NCBI GenBank assembly: GCA_000934665.2
Contig: KZ538821.1
Span: 1 to 46,068 of the forward strand
DNA length: 46,068 nucleotides
Direction: 5' to 3'
DNA from: Catajapyx aquilonaris
Taxonomy: Eukaryota
The position numbers and the translations under genes were made by a program. Below the pieces are notes generated by a model. It was given only the letters and a program-made list of their open reading frames with translations, was not told the DNA's origin and made no database searches. This document shows positions 32,445 through 43,300 of the stretch, piece by piece. Each line of letters begins with the position of its first letter. Position 1 is the first letter of the stretch.

Positions 32445-35400
32445 CGTAAACATTAGGACAAAAGGAGGGTAACCTTTCACCCTCATTGACCGTTTGGGGA
32501 GGTCAGTTTGCAGGATTGGACAAACACTTGGCTGGAGGAAGTAAATTGATTGTTTGTTCCACCAACCAACACGAATTGTGAATCACTGCTGCTTTCAACG
32601 GGTTGTTTCACATCGAACTGGTTAGCTGGGGTAAACAGTACGCTTTGAAATGGGGACTTGGGAAATTCAGCATTGGGTGTGTTTAAATATGATGTAACAT
32701 TACAGTTTACGTGTTCGTCTTTAAAGGCAATTTAGCAGCAATCTACTACTCACGCATGTTTTTTTCCGGGGGGGGGGGGGGGCNNNNNNTCAAGCCGCTT
32801 TTTGTAGTTAATAGGTGTTGAAGATGCAAACCAGTTTCGAAGTCTTTTCATAGCACAGCCTCCGCCGCGTGGCCATTGTCGAACACACCCGTTGCTCCAT
32901 TGATTCGAGTATAAAGAAGGTGTCGCTGTCGTCTACAGTACGCCAGAAGCTATTCATCTGTATAACTGAGGTGCCAAACGGCTTTTTTTTATATATACCA
33001 AACGTGTGGTCAGTATAAGCAAGTTAATCCTACAGAGTGGTCAAGCTGCCAAAAATTGTATACAAATGATGTCCCAAGAATCTCTAAAAAAACAATCCTT
33101 CCCAATATTGTCATGCAGACTTTGCGGTGTCTTCTGCGGTAATGGTCTGCAAGATGACATGATAATGCAAGAAGTGGAAGGTATGGTGGTGGATGGGGTG
33201 GGGGGAGAATAAGTCTGCAGAAGAATGCCCTTGGCCATTTTGTTCCGCCTGCTTCCTGGAAGCAGAAGGAGGCCAGCCGGCCTCCTCATCAGCGTTCACT
33301 GGGTCAGTGGAATCTTCAGGGCCACGAATGGCTGGTGGTTCGTTGACCTCTTCTTAACATGTGTGTATATATACACATGTACACACCGCAAATAGTACAA
33401 GTGTACATTGAGCAAATGGGCTATATTTTAAACCGTTTTTTTTTTGTTTTCTAAACTATGTATATGAAGAAGGATTATGGCACTTGGAGGAATGTGGCAC
33501 AGATGAATTATATTGACCGCGGTTAGGACTCTTCATGACCTCGAAACAAGAGTGGAGAGTGATCGAAGTGGGCCTTGGCAGGGGCAGGCCTACTTGAAAT
33601 TCAAATGGTTTTCTTTTCTGGTTTCATTACGCAACTGTAGTGTCTTGACATTTGGCGCGTTTATTACGCATTTTGTTAGAATTGAAAGTGCGTATCCACT
33701 TCGTTTTCTAACTTGCAATGTAGCTGTTAGTATTTTAAAATATATATTTACAATTTTATACTTTTGCTGAGTGTACCTGTACAATTTCCTCCAGGGTTCG
33801 ATTCTTATAAGGAATTAATAACTGCGAGATAATTGACTGGCGAATAGGCCAATTAGCCGATAGAGTCTATCCGTGTAAGCCTGGCTGGAAAAGTAGATCA
33901 GTTTTTGCAGCCAGTAATATCCGAAAGGAGCTTTGTAACAGGGATCGGATAATCATCATTACTTTCAACACTGAAACTGTGGCACATTTTGGACAGGCAT
34001 TACCTTCGTGCCACTTGTTTACATTGGGGATATCATGGCTGCCAATTGTGAGCGATTATGAGGAACTGAAGAGAGTCATTAGGATAACCTTTGAAAGGAT
34101 TACTAATCAGGCTTTCATATTCTGTGTTGACCGCTCAATGCAAAACAAATTGGCAATGCTGTTGAAGAATGTGAAAAGTGGAAGTGTTAAAGGTGATGTT
34201 TGCTCGTGACATTGACCATGAGGTTGTCGACAAGGCCAGCGACTTTTGCCCAGGAGTCCGTTAGCAGAGCAATGCTATCGGCTACGCCCATTCTGAAACC
34301 TTGAGATTGAGCCAGCAACTATTTTGCATTAACTACATTCCTAATACGTATAGTGCCAAATGTGTGATTATATGCAAAAAAAATATTGTTAGAGCGGAAT
34401 AGTTTGTGGAAAACTATAGCAATGGCGACAACCTGAAATTTAGTGACCCAGGCCATGGAAGCTGCAGTCTGCCTCCCCTCCTCCCCACCCATTCCCTCCG
34501 AAATTGGTTGCCAATAGCAACAGAGCAATCCTTCCCCCCCTCCTCTCCCCACCCTACACCTATACGATCCACCTTCACAGGTATAAATGTGTGCATAGGG
34601 ATCCTCCAGAATAGTGCTCGAAATGGAAAGGAGGCGGACGGTTGTCGCCGCTTCATCTTAAGAGCTCGGGTAAGACGTATGTTGACGTCATGAAACAATT
34701 GTTGTCGTTTGTTTTGAGCAAAATTGGCTACAGGGGGGATCTGAATGAGATTAAAAAATTGTACATGATTTTTTTTTACAGGGTTAGATGTTTGGTGTTC
34801 ATCGCACGTGGTTGTTTTGATGTTGGTGGCACGTGTGTTGTCATGTACTGTAGCATTCGTTGAACTGTTTACAGCGATATATGTCGAGAGCCGGTTGTGT
34901 GAAAAAAAATTTTCAGAGACAATCATTTGCATATAATATTATAACTGAACATTTTTTTCTCTCTCTTTAATTTGTGATGATGCAACAGGCTGTTGATGCG
35001 CTACCATTTGATGGTACAGTACATAAACAATTAATGGATAGGACCACAGAACTGTGCCGCAAAATTGATGACCGGATGCCCTCCATCCACATGTGGTTCA
35101 GGCGGACGCAAATAAGCACTTTGGACTGCGGAAAAATATGTCTTGTTCGATAATCAAATTACATTGTGGCACTTAATTCGGTTAGTTCATTTCCGTCTAT
35201 TAATTGGAAACTGTACAAAGATCTAATATTACCAATCGGTAATTGATAGATGGATTCCGGTAATTATGGCCTGTCGGTGCTTGTTGAGGTAAACAATTAT
35301 TAAACTTGGACTGTGCATTTTGAGCACACTGTGTAATTCATATTTCGAAAGTCAGTAAAAAATGCGGCATTAATTCCCGTAGAGCGTACAGGTGTAGAGA

Positions 35401-36593
35401 TTGGACGAGATATCATCTTATCTATTACAGTGAAACGAATGCAACTGTCGCTTCACACGACCTTTCTCTCAAAGGGCGGGGATGCTCACGTAATATTCAA
35501 ATCGGGATACGAGGTAGAAAAAAAAAACATGAGCAATTTGTTGTCTCCAAAGTCAACACGGGAATTACAGTGTGTGCGAGGTATAATTATGATAGCATAT
35601 ATTAGTGCACAGGTATCAGTCTAAATAAAAATTCATATTACACTCACATTACACGCTATCAAAATATTAAGTGCAGAAATTATGCATACATATCAAACAC
35701 CATTTATTACTGTCACATACACCCAGTATGATACGCAATTGTTTATGAATAATTATGCAATAGTTAGGTGGCATGTATTATTTTATTCCGTTTTGGGAAC
35801 ATTTTTGTGAATGCAAAATGATGTTCCAGTTTGAAAGGGCAGAATTATTAAAATTGTCATTTTACCTCATTATGAATAATGAAATTGCATCAATACACGC
35901 ACAGAGCAAGGAAACAGTCACTTGATGGCCTGACATTCAAAAAGATCATAATCAAATTTGTTGAAAATTTAAACAGACATTGCTTAACACATTCCTCGAA
36001 GACGGTCAAGTCGTCATCTGATTGAGAAATTGCAGCCGCCTATAGAAAAAACCTGAAATAAATTGATCCTTCCATATAATGTGATCATGCAACCTTCAAA
36101 CTTGTCTCGAAACAAGACAAAATGTAGAATGATCGGAGTCACATTTGTCTGATTTCGAGCGAAGACCTGAAATCAGGTGTTCGCAGTTTCTGTTGCCAAC
36201 ACACTTCCCAGGTTTCCATCAAAGCTTCTGTCAAACCGTTCCTATAGAAGCAAACAGTAACCAATCCTGTTACGTTAGAAGGAAAACCGAAAGGGGCTTC
36301 AGTAAATGGTGCCCCCCCCCCTCTCCCCATGCCCATTCTGCTTGTTAACTCTCCAAGAAACTCCTACGCGGTATCGTTTTCGCAGCAGCCCGGGCAATCT
36401 AGAACTCTCCTTCTGCAATCGCACAAACACCCCTAATGACCTTGAGAGGGGGAGCTGCGTAGTCGAGAGATCCGCAACCCGACCTTTGCCATAACAAGGG
36501 CTACCTTGGCCCAGGTCTAGGCTCGGATGTGTGGGTGGGTGGGGGTGCTTCCAATAGATGTACTGTATCCCCCCACCCGGTAGCTTGTTGCTG

Positions 36594-36607
36594 GTTGCCA
36601 TGGCAAC
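36594..36607. promoter_or_regulatory. Perfect RFX X-box
   Basis: GTTGCCATGGCAAC, the ideal palindromic RFX site, about 0.85 kb upstream of the candidate first coding exon of PRDM1. Confidence 0.5.
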
Positions 36608-36668
36608 TCGCCGGTACCCACACCGTTCGTCGTCATGGATACACAGGGGCATACAGCCGGGGGGGGGG

Positions 36669-36754
36669 NNNNNNNNNNNNNNNNNNNNNNNNNNNNNNNN
36701 NNNNNNNNNNNNNNNNNNNNNNNNNNNNNNNNNNNNNNNNNNNNNNNNNNNNNN
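36669..36754. other. Assembly gap (86 N) flanked by poly-G
   Basis: N run between G homopolymers. Smaller ambiguities at 486, 32784-32789 and 37613 also adjoin G/C runs. Confidence 0.99.
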
Positions 36755-37440
36755 GGGGGGGGGGGAGAGGCAACAAAGACGGGGGGTTTTTTCGCACAAA
36801 AAGCTACAAAATTAATCGGGTTGCAATTACAAGTATAGCATGTGATTAAGGTCGGCCGATATGCAAATAGAAGGATTTGCGCCATTCTAATGTCACGTTT
36901 TTCTTCTAGGAAATGGTCACGTGAAGCTGTACACCAATTTCAGTTCATATTGCATGTAAGTGCAAGTTTAGATTCTCTGTACGCCTAAGTATGGTCAACC
37001 TGACAACATCAGCACGCGATATGCTCCAAAATGCAACTATGACAAATACATACCTATATTGAACGTCATGAATAATCAAAGATTAAGTATCAGATCGCAG
37101 TGGCATCAGAGTGGACAAAGGCGAGACATTTTTTTTTGTCCTCTCAGGAAATTGCATGAAAGTGAAAAGAAGTTGTGAGAGAGTGAGTGTAATATATTTA
37201 GCAGTCTCCAGGTCGAATCCATCGATCTTGAGGGCCGGTTCCTCCGCAGTCAACAGGTAGCTCTTCTCTAATTTTACCAGAACATTAATATTTGCTCATA
37301 TATGCGCACACTCTAAATTCATGATAAGCTATAATTTACAAATATATTTTCAAAACGCATTTGTCGAATGTGGCCGAATCGTGATATTTCTTTTGAAACA
37401 CGTGGTAATATTTGGTCACAAAATTATTCATACCAATGAT

Positions 37441-37487
37441 ATGATGAGGGCAGAGTTTATGATGCCAGAGGGACTCTTAAGAGGAAG
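37441..37487 (+). CDS. PRDM1: Candidate first coding exon of PRDM1/Blimp-1 (MMRAEFMMPEGLLRGR)
   Basis: ATG-initiated and ends at a consensus donor AAG|GTGAGT in phase 2. This continues without a stop through exon 40338-40444 into the PR-domain frame. No homology support is visible. Confidence 0.5.
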
Positions 37488-38757
37488 GTGAGTGAGCTTT
37501 CAGATACCACCTCGAATTCCGGGCTGGCCACTTTCGCTTCTCAATGTCCTCGGGTGCCTATCGATTTAGGAACACTGTGGGGGCTATAAGGGGGGTGGTG
37601 TCATGGGGGGTGNGGGGGGGGGGTGTTTAGGTGGAAGGCCACCAGCCGGCGGCCTTGTGTCTGGAGCGTCAAAGGCATCTTTTTCTAATTTCACCTTCAC
37701 TACTTCCTATGAATTTAATCTATTATTGAGGGTGTAACAGAAAAAGGTTGTCGCCAATTTCATGTAACTGTCGATAATATTTGCAAAAATTGGCAAGTTC
37801 ATCTTCTGACGCCATCGAAATGTGAGGGTCGTGGTATTTTGCAATGTACAAATGACATGAACACACACCCTATTTGGAATGTTCATACATCATGATGGTC
37901 ATGGTCATCGCACTTTAGATCGACACATTGCAGGTACAGAGCAACAATACCGGACCGCCTTGAAGCTGGTTCATTTTTTTTGTTAATTATTCTCTACGTA
38001 ATTTGATGGCATTTATGAAAATAATGCAAATATGAGGCTAGCCCCTGCACACCACCAAAAATACTGCGCCACTGTCATTCCAGACCATGACCTACCTACT
38101 GTAATTCACATTGATGTATAATTGAATTGAATTCATTTTGCCACGCATGACCAGCAACTGCCGCAAAAAAAACATCAAAACCAATTGAATGATCCGGTCA
38201 TTTTACAACAGTTACATAACCTCTGGAATTCGCAAACAATTAAAATTTAAAATAAATATTTTTGAGAATTTTCTATAGGATATAAACTTTCGCGAATTCC
38301 GTAAACACAGTGTATGAACTTAATAGCAGGTTTTAGACCACCGGTTCTAAAATAACATCAGTGAAATGTAAAAATGGGTGGGCAACAATCGATTCCCCTT
38401 GGCCTTTGAACAACGGCTCCCTGATATTGATTCTCTTCAGTCTGGCAGACATGATAGCGAGGTTTTCCTCTGTGACTGAGATGCCGCTTCTGTAGATTAC
38501 AGATATTACCCTGCGGTGTAATATTGCTCTTTTCCATTTTGGGAGCCCATTGTTGAAGGATTACTTTGGAAAAAAAATCATATTGTTCGTTAAAAAAATT
38601 GCTGTCACACACCTAACTTAATACAAATATTTTTAATTGCGCGTCTTCAAAATTATTTACCTAATTTTATGAAGTATTGTTCAACCTAGTTTTAGCTGGA
38701 TATAACTGTTACAACAAGTTTGTACCAAAAACAACACTAATGTACTGTGGGCCAGTA

Positions 38758-38942
38758 CACTCTTAACCATTTACCTTCTCTAGAGAGGGTAAAAAGGGCC
38801 TCTTTTTACCCTCTATTTTCTAAGGTAATACATGCAAAATTTACCTTAGAATCAATTTACCCAAGAATATTTACCCTACAATGTAAGGTAAAAAAATGGC
38901 CACTTTCTTACCCTCTCTAGAGAAGGTAAATGGTTAAGAGTG
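38758..38942. mobile_element. CAC-terminated MITE with 35-bp perfect TIRs and TA duplication (in the putative PRDM1 first intron)
   Basis: TA|CACTCTTAACCATTTACCTTCTCTAGAGAGGGTAA ... TTACCCTCTCTAGAGAAGGTAAATGGTTAAGAGTG|TA. The interior is built from TTTACC(C/T) sub-repeats in both orientations. Confidence 0.85.
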
Positions 38943-40040
38943 TAGAAAATAATGTTTACTTTTCATACTGTAGGCTTTAGAAAATTCTTGTTACTATAGG
39001 TAATAGCAATCTAATTGTACAACTGGCATTGGCTGGTTTGTTGCGCAGCTTTTGTATGGTCTACTAAATGACTGGAAAATGAGGAAGAATTATAGGCTTT
39101 TAGCGAAACCACTCAATTGGTATGAGGACTGTACGTCACAAATTGAGGTAGGCACAAGGCGGATCGAAAGGAGCGCCACTGGTGGTGGTGTTAGTTCCTC
39201 AGAAAGAGCTGGATACCCCACTCGGAAGTGTCGGTTCTGTAGAGAGTGTCGCAGTGTGGTTTACTGTGTCGTATAATAATACTTAATTAGGATCTGGGTG
39301 CCGCCCCGGGGCAGAAAAAATGTGCAATGCAGTGGTGTCACATGTGGGAAGAATCCGAGGAATTTGAAATGTACACATCAAAAAGGTGATATCTCAAATT
39401 GATTGCTTGCATACTTTTTTATGAAAGTAATGTCAATTTGTGCTCATTGTTTTTACATATGAATTTAGCAAACTCACATTACTAATTAGCGTACACATCT
39501 ATTTCATATACGACGTAAAGTATGTCCCTAATATTGTGTGACAAAATATATATCGTATATGGGCCAATATATTGCGGAATAGTTAATTTTCGGCATAGGG
39601 CTGTCCCTGAGCTATAGGCCGGTGTGGCACTGACCTTGGTTTCTACTCGACTATCGATTACTACTGGAAGTAGGTTCATACTCTCCCTCTCTGTCTTCTT
39701 ATGTAACCCGATCACAAGGTCTGCATTGGACACGAAACTAGAAGGACAATTAAATCACATAAGTGTCACGTAAAAATTACTCTTCGGACAGTACGGAGAG
39801 TAATGTTTTTCGTGCAACCGACATTTAATACACTCTGCACATTTTAAATCAGCTTTTGTGAAACCATGGGGCTTACAGTGCATGACCGAATCGATTCTTA
39901 CCTGTGTTTGGGTTAAGATCGTTACGAATACGAAATACTGTACTGTATCAATATTACCATTTTGTGTGCAGATTACCAATTCATAGCGAGGATATAGGCA
40001 GTGTTGAATGTATATAGGCCTGATTTCTATTATTCATATA

Positions 40041-40306
40041 TATTACCGTATATAAATCGATATGACCTTATATAAATCGATATTACCTTATATAAATCGA
40101 TATTACCGTATATAAATCGATATTACCGTATATAAATCGATATTATCGTATATAAATCGATATGACCTTATATAAATCGATATTACCTTATATATTACCT
40201 TATATAAAGCGATATTACCTTATAATTATATTACCTTATATAAAGCGATATTACCTTATAATTATATTACCTTATATAAAGCGATATTACCTTATATAAA
40301 TCGATA
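40041..40306. repeat. 20-bp AT-rich minisatellite
   Basis: Unit TATTACCTTATATAAATCGA: 7 full units at 40041-40180, then deleted or variant units. It ends about 30 bp before the splice acceptor at 40337. Confidence 0.93.
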
Positions 40307-40337
40307 TAAATATTGATAGCACATAATTTTCCCACAG

Positions 40338-43300
40338 GTTACGGCGGAAAAGATTGTTCCAATCCCGACTGCAGCAAGCCGTCCGCCTCAAACATGACTG
40401 CGATATGTCCACAGCCAAATCTAAGTCCATGAGAGAAGTATTAAGTAAGCCACATATGCACTAAGCAATTTGCACACATGTAATGACCATCAACAGTTTC
40501 TAGCAACCTGCCCTGATTGTCCGAGAATGGAAGAGAGTTGTTGGAACGTTTCGACCATCCGCGAAGATGACTTCGAACAACTGGCTGTGTACCTCGTTCC
40601 AGATGCAGCAACAGAACCACAATGCGCCAACAGGGCAGAAGAATCGTTGCCTCGTAACCTCGTCCTCAAGCAGTCACAGGCTCTGTCAGATGTGAGTATC
40701 CTGGCAGTCAGACCTGCCCGCAACACACACGAACCGTGTGGGTTGCCATGAAATGAGAGGATAACCTATGACCTTGGGATGTACTAATAAACTATAAATA
40801 TTTTTTGCATCATTTATATTTTAGGTACTAGGAGTATGGAGCACCAGTTATATTCCGAGGGGATCTCGCTTCGGGCCTCTTGTTGGCGAAATTTATGCCA
40901 AGGATGCTGTGCCCAACACCGCAAATCGGAAGTACTTCTGGAGGGTAAGTCATCTTTTTAGACATCCGATTTAATGATAGTTGCTAAAAAGCGACCGCAG
41001 GATGTCTGAAGGTTGCTTCACTTTCGTCTTCCCTGAAATTGCTTGAACTATTGAGAAACTATTGTTGAAATTTGACCAAACCGTTTTGTTATCGAATAAA
41101 CCTATTGCTGGAGCGAGTAGCATTTTTTAAAGTTTCACTTGAATGAATGCACATGCTGGCAAATCACTACAAAAACTTTGGGTTGCACATTAATAATTAC
41201 GTACAATAAAAATATCAAACTGTCATTTTTTTCATGCTGCTCTCAGGTACAGATGAAGCCAGAACGTGAATCTCCTAATGAGGTAGGAAGTATACCTCAG
41301 AGTGTTGAACTGTATGGTGTGCTCATAGTTTTGTGTCATGACTGTTGTTTCGAAACATCGATCACTAGACCAGCACTGCATTTTTTTTTACAAATTGAAC
41401 TGTGCATGAAGTATGAACAAATCCATCGATCCTCCTTTTCCGAATTCACTACACATATACTTACCTCATTGTAATAAACACCAGCTGACACGTCGCAATC
41501 GAGGTACAGTGGATTGGATCCCCCAAAAAATATTGACCTTGTTGTAACCTAGTTGGCATGCATTCATCCATAATGCATGGTGTTCCAACTATACCGTTGT
41601 TGATATTGGAGATTGAATCCTGTAGAGCTGCTGTGAGGTCCACAATATTTGTATAATGAACAAACTGATGAGTGTGCTTCTTTTTATGCTTTGAACTGTA
41701 TGAGTCATTGATTAATACTAAAGGTGGCCAATTTCTCACTTGAGCTTAAAATGTTGATTTTAGATTTACAAAGACAACGAACTTTACTACTACATCGATG
41801 GCTATGATGTGACCAAGTCCAACTGGATGAGATATGTGAACCCGGCCTATTCGTCGGAGTCACAAAATCTTATCGCATGTCAAAACAAGGTGAGTATTGC
41901 ACTTGCATTTAACTTGCACTGCATGAAAATACTAGATCCCTCAAGACCATGATGTTAATTGCACGTGCCATTCTAATGAGCCTAGGTGCTCTATTCTCCT
42001 GCATTAATGTCACAAAAAATATAGCTGGCTAAATATACTTTTCTTATTTACTTAAACGCTTGTTCGATATTATTTTGCACCAGCAGACACATTTGCAAGG
42101 ATAATTTATTTTGTTTTATCTGTCCTGATGGTGCTATGTGAAGACTATATTTAAAAAATAGGTATAAAATAACCAGTAGATAATCAATTAAAGCGATAAG
42201 TGCCATTGCTTGATATACACCGTAATTAATAATTATTTCAACCTATTTTTATCGTAGCTCTTGCAGCACTGCAAGTGTCAAAAATAATATTATTCTCTCT
42301 GAAGCAGTGTCGTTTCATTTCGGTTCGTATGTAGAAACCACCCACACATAAACTGGAGCCGTCATAAATCTGTGAATTTTACACAGATGCTCATAATTTT
42401 ACACAGAAAAGTCAAGCTTAAGCTTGGCGAGACTTGGGGACGAAAAGGGCATGGTTAATTTCCCAAATGGAAGACAAAAGCAAGGCTTATAATTCCTGAG
42501 ATGAGAGCTGGTGCCATACACTGTAAAGGTTGTTTTAAGAATCAGTTTAATTATTGCAATATGAAAATCCTGAAAGCGTCTTAGGGTGTCTTCCAAGAAA
42601 TTTATACTTAGAGCTTTTAAATGTCAATCCTACCATGAAACATTATTATATAAGTAATATCTGTAGTATAATACGGAATGTTTGGACTAGCGTTTCCAAT
42701 ACTGCTCAAATTGATTTCATTCCGTACCATTCTTAATATGACAGGAATATCATTCACACTCTTCTATCACGAGGAATTAAGGTAAGTCACAATAGAGAAA
42801 TTTCACGTCACCAATGCAACTACTAATTTGATTGCAGTTTGTAACCTTTTCGCTGATTTGCACCTTTATTTGTCATCTAGTTCTATCGGTACTTTCGCAC
42901 TGTATAATGATTAATGACAAATTTTTAAATCATGAGTCACATTTAGTAATGCACTCTATCCTGTTTAACCAGATTTGTAGATTCTCATTACCTTGTAGTT
43001 AGTTGGTAAGTGGAAGACTGGAATGGTTGATGTCGGTCCCCGTTACGAATTTTCAGATGAACATCTACTTCTACACCATCAAGCCTGTCCTTCCGAACCA
43101 GGAGCTTCTGGTCTGGTATTGCCGCGAGTTTGCAGAGAGGCTCAACTATCCTCTGACAGGGGAGTTGATGCTGCAGAGGATACGTGAGTGGGGTGGGGTT
43201 GGGGAAAAAAGAAGTCAGCATCACCTCAGGAATACGTGCTTGAACAGTAGTTTATTGAAAGAACTGCAAGTTGACATGTTGAAAATTTTATTAATGTTAC

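Noticed and set aside
36299..36885. ORFs spanning the N gap
   Set aside because: Open only because N codons cannot be stops.
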